64,000 bases of DNA from an uncultured virus (IMG/VR IMGVR_UViG_3300025018_001528). Taxonomy: Duplodnaviria; Heunggongvirae; Uroviricota; Caudoviricetes. A program made the translations under genes and the position numbers. The notes beneath the pieces are model-generated. The model was not told where the DNA came from. It did not search any database and saw only the letters and a list, made by a program, of their open reading frames with translations. Shown in pieces: positions 11,430 through 20,879 of this stretch (position 1 is its first letter; each line of letters starts with the position of its first letter). The stretch is taken from the IMG/VR virus record IMGVR_UViG_3300025018_001528. One strand, 5' to 3'.

Positions 11430-11708
11430 TTATATACCCTCATTATAAAAAATGTGAAGTGCCAAACTTGGAACCTTAAATTCCTTCACTGGCAAATTTA
11501 ATTTCCTTATTAACCTATGCATTGCTTGTATGGCGTGGTCACCTTCTGTTTCATCTGAATATTCAGTTATAAAATTATAATAGTCAGCCATATAATCAAA
11601 TACTTCGGTATACACCTTTGTATAAAATGCGTCTACACTATCCACATCAGCTGAATTAATATCCTCAATTAATTTATAATATTTTTTAAGAAATAACCCC
11701 ACATTCAT
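11430..11708 (-). CDS. hypothetical protein
   Basis: ORF with GGAGGAG RBS. Confidence 0.55.
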   Translation of the reverse strand: MNVGLFLKKYYKLIEDINSADVDSVDAFYTKVYTEVFDYMADYYNFITEYSDETEGDHAIQAMHRLIRKLNLPVKEFKVPSLALHIFYNEGI

Positions 11709-11712
11709 AATC

Positions 11713-12027
11713 TCACTCCTCCACACTTATATCTTGTGGCCATCCAACTAAATTTAACATTTTTTCACTTATATCATACATTTTACGCAAATATTTTTCT
11801 TGATCATCCTCATCATCATTTGTTGGTCTTTTAATTTTAAGTATTAATTTTAACATATTGCCATCAACAGCACCAAGAATATTTAATAATTTCACACAGG
11901 AATTAAATGTTACCCATGCAAATATTGGATCATTATCACCGGGTCTATCATCGGCCATCATACCAACCATCTCATGAAAAGCAAGTAAAAAATGTTGCGC
12001 ATCTATAAACTCTAATTGGGCAGACAA
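11713..12027 (-). CDS. hypothetical protein
   Basis: TTG start after AAGGAGG RBS. Confidence 0.6.
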   Translation of the reverse strand: MSAQLEFIDAQHFLLAFHEMVGMMADDRPGDNDPIFAWVTFNSCVKLLNILGAVDGNMLKLILKIKRPTNDDEDDQEKYLRKMYDISEKMLNLVGWPQDISVEE

Positions 12028-12044
12028 ATTACCTCCTTCGATAA

Positions 12045-12505
12045 TTATTTAAATATTTTACCTCTATCTTTTCTTCTTGGTTGAAATTCTTTCATTCTTT
12101 TAGATTTACACACCTTACATTCAAAATCTACACCATTCCAACGTGTTGCTTTTTTATTAAATGCCTCTAATTTTAATTCTTTTTGCAAGTCATACACCAT
12201 GAATATCCCTCTTTACTTTGTTTGCGCCCAGTTCTGTCGGTTTTGTTACATTTCTTGTGTGACCATGCGATATTATTTATATCAAAAAACAATTCTTTGC
12301 TATTATGTAACCACGGTATTTTATGATCAATACTTAAATCATTTGGCGATTCTATTGGTAAGCCACATCTATAACATTTATCTTCCCCACATTCCTTGGC
12401 GTAATGCAACAACATTATCTTGGTCAATTGATATCTAGCAGTACTTGCATGGACACCTAATTGTTTGTATTTTGTTTCATTAGACTTCTTGTACCTTTCT
12501 TTCAT
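12045..12505 (-). pseudogene. HNH endonuclease with C-terminal zinc finger, frameshifted at an A-run (about 12180)
   Basis: CYRCG...SIDHKIPW...NIAWSHKKCN; WCMTCKK continues in another frame as ELKLEAFNKKATRWNGVDFECKVC. Confidence 0.7.
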
Positions 12506-12523
12506 AATTCACCCCACTATATT

Positions 12524-12598
12524 TGGTTGCGGGGGAGCGATTCGAACGCTCGATAACTAGCTTATGAGGCTAGTGCCTTACCACTTGGCGACCCCGCA
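12524..12598 (-). tRNA. tRNA with CAT anticodon (Met; fMet-like acceptor stem)
   Basis: TGCGGGG...CTAGC-CTCATAA-GCTAG...GAGCGTTCGAATCGCTC CCCCGCA ACCA cloverleaf with encoded CCA. Confidence 0.92.
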
Positions 12599-12610
12599 AT
12601 TTTATTACCA

Positions 12611-12664
12611 CCCACCTATCCAGCTTATGAGGCTGGCATCTGCACTTTGGCCGATTCGCCCGCA
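12611..12664 (-). pseudogene. truncated tRNA(CAT) 5' fragment
   Basis: GCGGGC...CCAGC-CTCATAA-GCTGG...GTGGGT; T-loop and 3' acceptor strand absent. Confidence 0.7.
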
Positions 12665-12671
12665 TTTCTTT

Positions 12672-12722
12672 TGCGATGACTAGCTTATGGGGCCAGCGCC
12701 TTAGCCACTTGGCAACCCCGCT
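12672..12722 (-). pseudogene. truncated tRNA(CAT) 5' fragment
   Basis: GCGGGGTTGCCAAGTGGCTAAGGCG-CTGGC-CCCATAA-GCTAG-TCATCG; near copy of the intact tRNA lacking T arm and 3' end. Confidence 0.75.
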
Positions 12723-12753
12723 ATAAAATTACCGCCGTAAAAGATAAATAAGA

Positions 12754-13044
12754 TTATAGACGTCCTAAATATATTAACAATCCCCAACTAGTAATAGTAC
12801 CAACCGATAAATACGCAATATCCTTCCACCCAATAGCAACAGTTTCTTTCTCTATATAAATATCATATGAAAATTCTTTAACCAACATATAAATATAAAC
12901 CATTGCTGTACCAGCAGCGGCTGGCATCCATCCATCCCACAGGGCACGTGGTGCTAGCACAGCAAGCATACCAAGCAACACATGCCCTGCTTGAGCCAGA
13001 AATTCTGGCGATGGATACCAAGGATTATTTGACGTATCAGCCAT
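12754..13044 (-). CDS. membrane protein
   Basis: MADTSNNPWY...; three hydrophobic segments; HxxxG...KE..D pattern. Confidence 0.6.
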   Translation of the reverse strand: MADTSNNPWYPSPEFLAQAGHVLLGMLAVLAPRALWDGWMPAAAGTAMVYIYMLVKEFSYDIYIEKETVAIGWKDIAYLSVGTITSWGLLIYLGRL

Positions 13045-13436
13045 TATTTCCTTATAATATTCCCAATAGATGGAGCAGCTGGTGTAGCTGAACACGCTGG
13101 TGGCGCGTATGCTTTGACTCCAGAACAATCACCTTCTGTCCCGCCAGCAGCAACAGTAGCGGTGGCATAATAATTATGTGACCCAGTACCGCACGCTATT
13201 AAACTACCATTGGTAATATTACTAGTTGTACCACAAGACGCAGGCCCGGTAGCAAACACAACACCAGATTTACATGTCCCTTGATAAACCTTCACAGTCA
13301 TAGCAGTAGTACCACACGAAGTATTATCATTATATATGGACGCTACAACAACGGGAAAAGTTTCTGCATTACTTATTGTTACCCCCAATCCCAAAGTCCA
13401 TATTAATAGGGCCACTACCATTAATATCCGTCGCAT
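13044..13436 (-). CDS. secreted Cys-rich beta-sandwich-like protein
   Basis: Signal peptide MRRILMVVALLIWTLGLGVTISNA; six Cys; Thr/Gly-rich. Confidence 0.6.
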   Translation of the reverse strand: MRRILMVVALLIWTLGLGVTISNAETFPVVVASIYNDNTSCGTTAMTVKVYQGTCKSGVVFATGPASCGTTSNITNGSLIACGTGSHNYYATATVAAGGTEGDCSGVKAYAPPACSATPAAPSIGNIIRK

Positions 13437-13956
13437 AAATATCTCCTTCATGTAAAGTTTGATTATCTAATGGGTATGGTGTTATACTATAAACCCATGG
13501 TACACTAAAATCTGAAACAAATGGATTGCCTTTTTCATCTACTCTAATAGACACAGCTTTTAAAGAAAATGCTGTTAATCCGTCTGGACTAGTTCCATAA
13601 ATTAGACTAGTGTTATCATATAAGAGATTCCTGATGTCCCATGATCCTCTCCACGCATCCTTTTCCCATTTTAGTGGATTATTAATCTCTGCAATCCATA
13701 CCATATTTCCTGGGACTCCGCTAATAATATGACACACATACAAATAATACCCAGATATCTCTCTATCTGGTGTACTACTCATTAATGTATTATCAGAATA
13801 CACTGGAGTTTGAGTAAACTCTATTATACATATATTATCTATAGGCACACTATTATCAATTGGAGTATTACCACCTCCTCCATTTCCACAATTTGGCAGT
13901 ATAAACCATCCCATTGCCAATATTGAGTACATTAACAATATATGTATATATCTCAT
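13369..13956 (-). CDS. putative lipoprotein (FN3-like)
   Basis: Hydrophobic leader ending LPNC, Gly linker, GYYLY and FSLKAV...SDFS strands. Confidence 0.55.
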   Translation of the reverse strand: MRYIHILLMYSILAMGWFILPNCGNGGGGNTPIDNSVPIDNICIIEFTQTPVYSDNTLMSSTPDREISGYYLYVCHIISGVPGNMVWIAEINNPLKWEKDAWRGSWDIRNLLYDNTSLIYGTSPDGLTAFSLKAVSIRVDEKGNPFVSDFSVPWVYSITPYPLDNQTLHEGDIYATDINGSGPINMDFGIGGNNK

Positions 13957-13986
13957 AGATAATGAGCTACTAACAAATAATATATA

Positions 13987-14355
13987 TTATGGTCGTTTTA
14001 TTTGAAGAATGATAGGCTCCGCTGGAGTAGTTGATGGGATACCAGCAGGTGGACAATGCCACAGATAATCTGGACTCCACGCCGATTCCTCTAAAGTCAC
14101 CAACCTCGCCATAGCAGTGAACCAATGGTCTTGATCAGCATTAACATGCTCAAAAGTACACGAAGTATTAAAAGTAGTACAAATAACCACATCATCCATC
14201 TTCACAATATATGTAACAGGTAATTTTGACGGTTCTACTAAAGTATTATCAGTATATGTGGTGACTGGGTCCCAAGATACAGTATTGGTAACTGCAAACA
14301 CTGGAAGTACAGACAGATATAAAATTAACAACACAAATACCAGCACAAGTTTAAT
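13987..14355 (-). CDS. secreted FN3-like protein (possible ATT start)
   Basis: Signal peptide; VSWDPVT...YIV...FTAMA...ESAWS pattern typical of FN3. Confidence 0.6.
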   Translation of the reverse strand: MKLVLVFVLLILYLSVLPVFAVTNTVSWDPVTTYTDNTLVEPSKLPVTYIVKMDDVVICTTFNTSCTFEHVNADQDHWFTAMARLVTLEESAWSPDYLWHCPPAGIPSTTPAEPIILQIKRP

Positions 14356-14540
14356 ATTAATGTCTCCTTTCTATTGTATTTCTAATGCCATAATATATGA
14401 TATCACACTATTAATAGCGATTGACGTATTTTGCATCATACCTACTATTTCCCACCCCTGCCCGATATATTCCTCCACATAATCAGCGAGAATATACCTA
14501 AATATATAACAATGTGGATTGTCACACAATTCTTGATAAG

Positions 14541-15182
14541 TCATTTAACATTCTTGTATATTTCTTTTATTAGAGATATAAATTCAGAGTGTGTAAGTTT
14601 GTGTTTCATTAAATTGACATTAATATCAACCCATTGGATATTATTAATATCTCTTGCCCCGCCCCTAGACATTGGTATTATATGATCTAAACTTGCGTTT
14701 ACGCCTAATCGTAACTCAATTTTGGAATATACACATTTATATTCTTGTTTTTGTAAAATTTGTTCAATCTCTTTAAAATTTTTGCGTGACCCAGTGTGAG
14801 TTTTGGCTTGATTTTTAAACCAGCAAATGTCACAAAATGTCCGATCTGTTAAAGTGATAGTGGCAACATTACCACAATGCACACACAGACCCTTATTTAT
14901 TCTATCTCTAACATTATCTTTTTGTTTGCCATATCTTTTATCCCAACACTCTTTACAATACCAACTTGTATATAGTGGCCTATTATCACCATTTATACAT
15001 ACCCCATTATTTTTCATTATTTTTTGTTTGGCATATGATTTTTGATTATGTTCTTGTCTTTTCTTGAGACATTTCAAACAGTTACTACTATCTTTGTACC
15101 TAGGTGCACTACAAATTTCACATTTATTTTCTATTTTACGTCTCTTCCTATTATTTCTCATTATTTCATTTCTTGATTTCAT
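14541..15182 (-). CDS. HNH endonuclease with tandem CxxC...CxxC repeats
   Basis: CVYS...ASLDHIIPMSRGG...NIQWV...N.MK. Confidence 0.85.
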   Translation of the reverse strand: MKSRNEIMRNNRKRRKIENKCEICSAPRYKDSSNCLKCLKKRQEHNQKSYAKQKIMKNNGVCINGDNRPLYTSWYCKECWDKRYGKQKDNVRDRINKGLCVHCGNVATITLTDRTFCDICWFKNQAKTHTGSRKNFKEIEQILQKQEYKCVYSKIELRLGVNASLDHIIPMSRGGARDINNIQWVDINVNLMKHKLTHSEFISLIKEIYKNVK

Positions 15183-16590
15183 TTATAAAATCTACCTTTT
15201 TAATATCAAACTTATTCTTATTATAAAATATTCTTTCACTATTTTTTAGGTGTCGTCTAAATATTGGGTGTTGATCTGCCAAATGTACAACAATCGCACA
15301 AGTTTTGTGCGGATGTAACCTAACAATCCTGCCAACTAATTGTTCTGGATCTTGTGTATCTGATGCGATAATAAGTCCAGAACAATTAGGCATATCCCAC
15401 CCTTCTTTACATAATGTACTGATTAAAATCCCACCACTTTCATTATTTCTTATAGAATCAAATAATGCCGATTGTCCACTAGTTTCAGCATAAATCTCTA
15501 TTGCACTAGGTAATAATTTTTTAATATTGTTTCCATGTTCTATGTGTCTTACACTTATAAGAACTTGAAGCCCATAATTGACCATGTGCGTGGCGGCTTC
15601 TGCTATTAATTCTGTCCTCTCTTGATATTTATCAATATGGAAATCCCGCAATGTGTTATACACTTTACAATCTATTAAGTGCGAATCTTTTGGTGAAATA
15701 TACCTAGGTGGGACCTTTAAACAATATACCGTTGGTCTCACCAACCATCCCTCATCCATGAGTTTTATCATCGGTACCGAATAATAAATTGGCCCTGATG
15801 CGGCCTCTAAATCTAGGTCTTTTCCATCCAATCTACGCATGGTGGCCGTAAAAAACGTTGCGTATCTTGCACCTTTAAAATTAGCTGAGAGATCAAAGAT
15901 CGTTTTTGCCGCAATTCTATGGCACTCATCCACAATAAGAAACTTAGTACCTTCGATAAGCGAAATCTTGTCACCTTTATTTGATGACGCATCCTCCTTG
16001 TCATATACCCCCTCCAAAGATTGTACCATTGCAACTGTCACATCTTTTGGATTAAAAATTGAGTCACCAACCATACCAATTTCTATGCCCAACATCTGCT
16101 TAAGTAACTTCGCTGTCTGATGCATTAGCACGGTACTATTGGTGAGCACTGTAGTCTTTAAACCAATCTTAGCTATCGCATCCCCCATAATAATTGTCTT
16201 GCCACCACCAGTAGCAATTTCGTGGGCAGTCTTGCGACGTTTCAATATATCATCTACCGCACTAAATTGATAATCACGCAATTTAAAATTATCACTTATT
16301 GGAATAGGAGACCCCACAGTTTCATCACTACACTCTTCCTCTAAAATATGTGCGAGAACACTATGAGATCTAAGAATACCCCGTATTCTACTTAGTAATC
16401 CAACCCTAAAAACCATTGTTTTACTAAATCTATAAGTTGGATGTGGGTGGTACCCATACTGCCTAGAGGAATAAGCAAGTTGCTTAGAAATATATGAACA
16501 ATCTTCTCTTAACTCCTTGAAAACCTTCTCTGGGATCGGATCAAGTATTTGACCATAAACATTATTAACCTTAATCCGTACTATATCCAT
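15166..16590 (-). CDS. SF2 DExH helicase (UvsW-like)
   Basis: LRDYQ, ATGGGKT, IVDECH, TAT, EGWD, QLVGRIVR. Confidence 0.9.
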   Translation of the reverse strand: MDIVRIKVNNVYGQILDPIPEKVFKELREDCSYISKQLAYSSRQYGYHPHPTYRFSKTMVFRVGLLSRIRGILRSHSVLAHILEEECSDETVGSPIPISDNFKLRDYQFSAVDDILKRRKTAHEIATGGGKTIIMGDAIAKIGLKTTVLTNSTVLMHQTAKLLKQMLGIEIGMVGDSIFNPKDVTVAMVQSLEGVYDKEDASSNKGDKISLIEGTKFLIVDECHRIAAKTIFDLSANFKGARYATFFTATMRRLDGKDLDLEAASGPIYYSVPMIKLMDEGWLVRPTVYCLKVPPRYISPKDSHLIDCKVYNTLRDFHIDKYQERTELIAEAATHMVNYGLQVLISVRHIEHGNNIKKLLPSAIEIYAETSGQSALFDSIRNNESGGILISTLCKEGWDMPNCSGLIIASDTQDPEQLVGRIVRLHPHKTCAIVVHLADQHPIFRRHLKNSERIFYNKNKFDIKKVDFINEIKK

Positions 16591-16951
16591 CGAGTTTAAG
16601 GATCTCCATTTCTAGTGTAAGATTTAAATATGTAAGTGCCTCATTTAAAGAAGTAACATCAACCAATGTACCCTCCGGAAATTTAGTAGCAAGTAATTCA
16701 GCAATATTCGCAGTTATTAATTGTATCCCACACAATATTACTTTATCATTTTTCATTATCTCCCCCAACACACACAGACTTATTTAGTGTCATCCCAAGA
16801 CCATGACACCCATCACACGATACCGTGTCATCTCCTATAAGCGGGGCTTCCCATGTTTCCCTGTGTCTCGGCATACGCCCAGTACTACCACATTTATAAC
16901 ACCTAACATACCCTTCTGGTATATATATTCTTCTTGGGTATATAACTGCCA

Positions 16952-17332
16952 TTACCCCCCCAATGTAGTATTATTCCATTTCTGTGCTGGATTCTTAGAC
17001 TGTACCACAGTCAATATCCTAGATACAGCATTATAGTTCATCTCTGCACACCTAAGTGCCCTATACAACACATCAATCTTTACATTAGTTTCTGTAGACT
17101 TAATCCTAGACTTAACTGCCATCATCTTAGCATGTAACTGCGAAAAAAGGTTGTATTCATTTGCAAAATGGGGCAAAAGTGGTGCTATTACATCAATACT
17201 ATCAGACAACGGGATAACTTTCATTGGGTAAATAAACGCCACTAGATCATCAACATTAATATTTTCTATGTTTAATATAGAAACATTTGGTTTAGGCTGT
17301 AGTTCCGGAATCATTTGCCCTCCGTACAGCAT
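16952..17332 (-). CDS. hypothetical helical protein (possible recombination mediator)
   Basis: Lies between resolvase and helicase; NAVSRILT C-terminus. Confidence 0.45.
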   Translation of the reverse strand: MLYGGQMIPELQPKPNVSILNIENINVDDLVAFIYPMKVIPLSDSIDVIAPLLPHFANEYNLFSQLHAKMMAVKSRIKSTETNVKIDVLYRALRCAEMNYNAVSRILTVVQSKNPAQKWNNTTLGG

Positions 17333-17834
17333 CTAAAAATTCTTTAAATGATAGCGCCACCACCCATTCATTAAACAATACATATCCCCATGGAAACGTA
17401 CCGTCTAGTCTTAAGGATACCGAAGATTTTAATACTTTATGTAAAGCATCTGGTTGTATTTTGGGTGTATATCCATATGGCAATTCATCTTCACGCATTA
17501 TTGCAATCATATCTTCGTCTTGCCCATACTTAGCCTTAACAATAAGAACTGGAATTCGACCAGATATTGTAGCCTCTTTTATGATCCCCTTCCACCACTC
17601 ATTTTTAACCGAAAATTTATAATAAAACTTGCGTGGGTGTTTTATACGGAATGTTCTTGGAGCATAATCCCGTAATTTACATTCAATTAAATACTTATCA
17701 GTTTTCACATCACCAAGCATACTCAGGTCCTTAAACCGACTACTCTTCGCACTTTGTCCATATTGTCTGCAACTCCCCAATAATTTTGCTATATGCCGCT
17801 CCATAGATTGCCACGTTCCTCTATTTGTTGCCAT
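17292..17834 (-). CDS. PD-(D/E)xK nuclease, Holliday junction resolvase-like
   Basis: ERHIAKLL...GDVKTDKYLIECK. Confidence 0.75.
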   Translation of the reverse strand: MATNRGTWQSMERHIAKLLGSCRQYGQSAKSSRFKDLSMLGDVKTDKYLIECKLRDYAPRTFRIKHPRKFYYKFSVKNEWWKGIIKEATISGRIPVLIVKAKYGQDEDMIAIMREDELPYGYTPKIQPDALHKVLKSSVSLRLDGTFPWGYVLFNEWVVALSFKEFLDAVRRANDSGTTA

Positions 17835-17960
17835 AATATCCAACAATCTTCTGGTATTGTTTAATAAAATCTACTTGTATATATATCCACTTCATTTTAT
17901 CGCACCACTCACAACATGAAATCTAATCATTTTTATTGTGTATACCCTCGCTTATTTTAT

Positions 17961-19046
17961 TCACTCGTTAGCAACCAATACTTCTTCTACTAGCCCATTA
18001 TTATCACGACCAATTAGTGCCTGAACACATTTAGCCCGTATCTCCTCTAAAATTATGGGATCTTGCATTAACTCTTTAAACTTTTGTTCACCTGCTGCCT
18101 TCTTGTCTTCAAATGAAAACCAACTACCGGCAGTCTTGATAATCCCAAATTGCTTAGCCACACCAAATGTATCATCCACTATGTCTACACCAGTACCTAA
18201 ATCAACAATAAACTCAGCTGGCTCATTCACTCGGGCAACCTTATTCTTCATAACCCTATACGCCACCCGAATAGCGACCTCTTCCTCAACCATTTTAGTC
18301 GGTGTAAGCGCAATTTTACGTCTAATACTCTCAGTCTTACGAGCATAGAGTTCATAAGATATGAAAAACCCAGCTGTATCCCCTCCAGCCGCCTTCCTAT
18401 TGCTTCCATGTGTCACCATTGGATTTGAACGTTGTTGCGAGATAAACAACACAAAACACGACGGATTCATATTTAAATATGAATTGACTTTAGGAAGCAT
18501 TTCTGCCATCAACTGTGCTGATGCAGCCTTCAATTTGCTTTGATCTACCGTATCAGCTTCCATCTTAACCCTTGGAACCAATGCTGGTATAGAATCTAAG
18601 ATTATTAAATTGTATTCCCTAGATTTAATAAGCTCAATGAGGATATCAATCCATTCTTCGCCAAACAATGGGTCTAACAATTCGCCAGTCTTTTCATTTA
18701 CCCTTTCATCTTTAGAAGAGATAATAAAAAGTTTAGCAGGATCAATACCCAAATTTTTAGCAAATTTCATATCAAATGTCCCTTCAACATCAAGGAACGC
18801 CACTTTACCACCATCTTTCTGGACTCTCGTAGCAAAACAAGTTGATAATAAGGTCTTACCCGATTGTTTCTCTCCCCACACCAACCCCATCCTACCACCA
18901 AGAAACCCATTCGTACCAATAGCTAAATTTAAACTTAATACACCAGAATCTAAAAGAATGGGGGACCGCTCAGTGCGGTCCACCCCAGACATCATAGTTG
19001 TTGCCCCGTAGCGAGAATTAATTACATCTACTACATTCTTTGCCAT
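17961..19046 (-). CDS. recA: RecA/UvsX recombinase
   Basis: SGVLSLNLAIG, GEKQSGKT, FLDVE, IILDSIPAL, FISQQR, KNKVA, GSWFSF. Confidence 0.93.
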   Translation of the reverse strand: MAKNVVDVINSRYGATTMMSGVDRTERSPILLDSGVLSLNLAIGTNGFLGGRMGLVWGEKQSGKTLLSTCFATRVQKDGGKVAFLDVEGTFDMKFAKNLGIDPAKLFIISSKDERVNEKTGELLDPLFGEEWIDILIELIKSREYNLIILDSIPALVPRVKMEADTVDQSKLKAASAQLMAEMLPKVNSYLNMNPSCFVLFISQQRSNPMVTHGSNRKAAGGDTAGFFISYELYARKTESIRRKIALTPTKMVEEEVAIRVAYRVMKNKVARVNEPAEFIVDLGTGVDIVDDTFGVAKQFGIIKTAGSWFSFEDKKAAGEQKFKELMQDPIILEEIRAKCVQALIGRDNNGLVEEVLVANE

Positions 19047-19050
19047 AATA

Positions 19051-20340
19051 TTAAATCTTCGCTAATGCTTCAACCAGCGCATTAAGCTTCTCTTCTGACC
19101 ATGATGCAATTGACAATTCAGTAACATTTTTATATTGACCATAAACTCCAGATAGGAAATCAATCATTTCTTTATCTGATTTACCGACAAATTTTGCCTC
19201 AAAAATTTTGTTAATCTCATCAACACGCGTAGACTGTGGAGTAATACCACTAGGCTCCCCAACATATGAAGTCTTCATTGCTGGTTCTGGTTCACCACTA
19301 GACCCCACACCATTACCACTCGGCTCTGGGGGATCATTTAGGACCTTTAGTAACAAATGGATATTACCAGTAGTATACAAACTAGAGATCCACTCAGCCC
19401 CAGCCTTCACTTCTGGAGAATTAGACATATTAATAAGCCACTTAAAATAATCCGGCTCATTATTATCAATTAAATATCCAAAAGTTCTGCCGACATATCT
19501 CTTACCAACATCTACCACGAGCAAACGAGCTTGCTTATATTTGTCAATATCACCTTGAGTTGGGAACCCACCAGCAATGGCCTTAGATTGTTCACTAAAA
19601 GGAAGGGCACTTGATCCCCCCTCACCAGAGATTTTGCCAGTAGAAACAAATTCCCACACCTTCACTGGGGCAACATTTTCAAAAGCTAATACTGCATCAA
19701 ACGAGATCGAACCATAATCAACATTCTCTGAAAAAGAAGAAGGATCTTGTGCTTCTGCCTTGTATGTAGTCTGGTTATTATTTTTCTCCCGCCACACGAT
19801 AATATCCCGGCCAGCTAGAGAATTCTTGGCAGTGATAATCCGCACAAACTCACTACGAAGATCATTACCAAATTTCAATACCATTGGCTTCTGCTCATCA
19901 TAGCTGTAGACCGTGATTATATGCTGTGGGGTAATCCCAAAATGGCTATCGACCTCCACACCATTGCGCTTTCGCCTCTGATCCCTAGGTGCAAGCATCC
20001 TAAACATTGGGTCCAACTTACCACAGAGATCTGCTTGACATTCACGCTTTCCACCACGGGCCACACCCTGAATATTACATAAGAACGTACGATATTTACG
20101 AATCGTCGCACGTGTCACTGGGTCTGATACACTAGGAACGCGATGGTACCAACCTGATACGCACTCGGCTTCTACTAAATCATCAGATCCAACACCACAG
20201 GTGCACGTCACATTTGGCCAGTTAGGATAATACCCACTGACACCGCACTTCTTACATTTAAATGGCATTAAAATCCGAACTCTGTACTTCTTATTATCCT
20301 CAATTTTCATAAAACCAAATCTGCTGTCTCTCCAGCCCAT
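19051..20340 (-). CDS. putative single-stranded DNA-binding protein (gp32-like N-terminal OB fold)
   Basis: YRVRIL...GRDIIVWR...TTYKA pattern; adjacent to recA. Confidence 0.5.
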   Translation of the reverse strand: MGWRDSRFGFMKIEDNKKYRVRILMPFKCKKCGVSGYYPNWPNVTCTCGVGSDDLVEAECVSGWYHRVPSVSDPVTRATIRKYRTFLCNIQGVARGGKRECQADLCGKLDPMFRMLAPRDQRRKRNGVEVDSHFGITPQHIITVYSYDEQKPMVLKFGNDLRSEFVRIITAKNSLAGRDIIVWREKNNNQTTYKAEAQDPSSFSENVDYGSISFDAVLAFENVAPVKVWEFVSTGKISGEGGSSALPFSEQSKAIAGGFPTQGDIDKYKQARLLVVDVGKRYVGRTFGYLIDNNEPDYFKWLINMSNSPEVKAGAEWISSLYTTGNIHLLLKVLNDPPEPSGNGVGSSGEPEPAMKTSYVGEPSGITPQSTRVDEINKIFEAKFVGKSDKEMIDFLSGVYGQYKNVTELSIASWSEEKLNALVEALAKI

Positions 20341-20369
20341 TTAAAGCTCCTGTTCTTTGAGGCGCTGCC

Positions 20370-20609
20370 TCAAATTCGTGGTTCTTCAGTCAGCTTGCTA
20401 GCCAAAAATCCAACGGCACTGTCGCTAATTGTATTTGATCCTAATCCTTTTTCCACCTCCTTTGCTAAATGGTATGCTGCATCGAAAAGTTTTGTGCGTG
20501 ACTCTTCGAATGCTTCGCTATAATTCTCGGCCCCGGTAGTAACCTCTGCACGCACTGAATTAAAATTACCCATATTTAATGTAATACCAAGTGATACATT
20601 ATATATCAT
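20370..20609 (-). CDS. hypothetical protein
   Basis: GITLNMGNFNSVRAEV motif common in phage replication modules. Confidence 0.6.
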   Translation of the reverse strand: MIYNVSLGITLNMGNFNSVRAEVTTGAENYSEAFEESRTKLFDAAYHLAKEVEKGLGSNTISDSAVGFLASKLTEEPRI

Positions 20610-20612
20610 TTA

Positions 20613-20879
20613 TCACCACTCCCTAAACTTATCGCTTACTACCCATGATTCCACATCATACGAATGAAACTTCACTTCCTTACCCTTATACCCATCTGCC
20701 TTTTTGGCAGCCACTGCACACTTCTTAGCTGCCTTTTCATTGGTGAAAATACCGAGGATCTCATTTACTGGGCCACAACATGCATCTTCATCAGCATTGT
20801 GTTGTACCACAAAAACGTCATCTTTTGTACAACATGCTTGCTCTTCCAATGGAATCGGTGTTAATTTTAGCATCACCAT
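20613..20879 (-). CDS. hypothetical protein
   Basis: ILGIFTNEKAA pattern; abuts the PurA/PurZ-family gene. Confidence 0.55.
   Translation of the reverse strand: MVMLKLTPIPLEEQACCTKDDVFVVQHNADEDACCGPVNEILGIFTNEKAAKKCAVAAKKADGYKGKEVKFHSYDVESWVVSDKFREW

Noticed and set aside
12524..12722. Prophage att-site duplication
   Set aside because: att duplications usually repeat the tRNA 3' end identically; here the 5' parts are repeated and diverged, and no integrase is seen.
18961..18986. Hairpin GGGGACCGC...GCGGTCCACCCC
   Set aside because: Within recA coding sequence and no U-tract; likely incidental.
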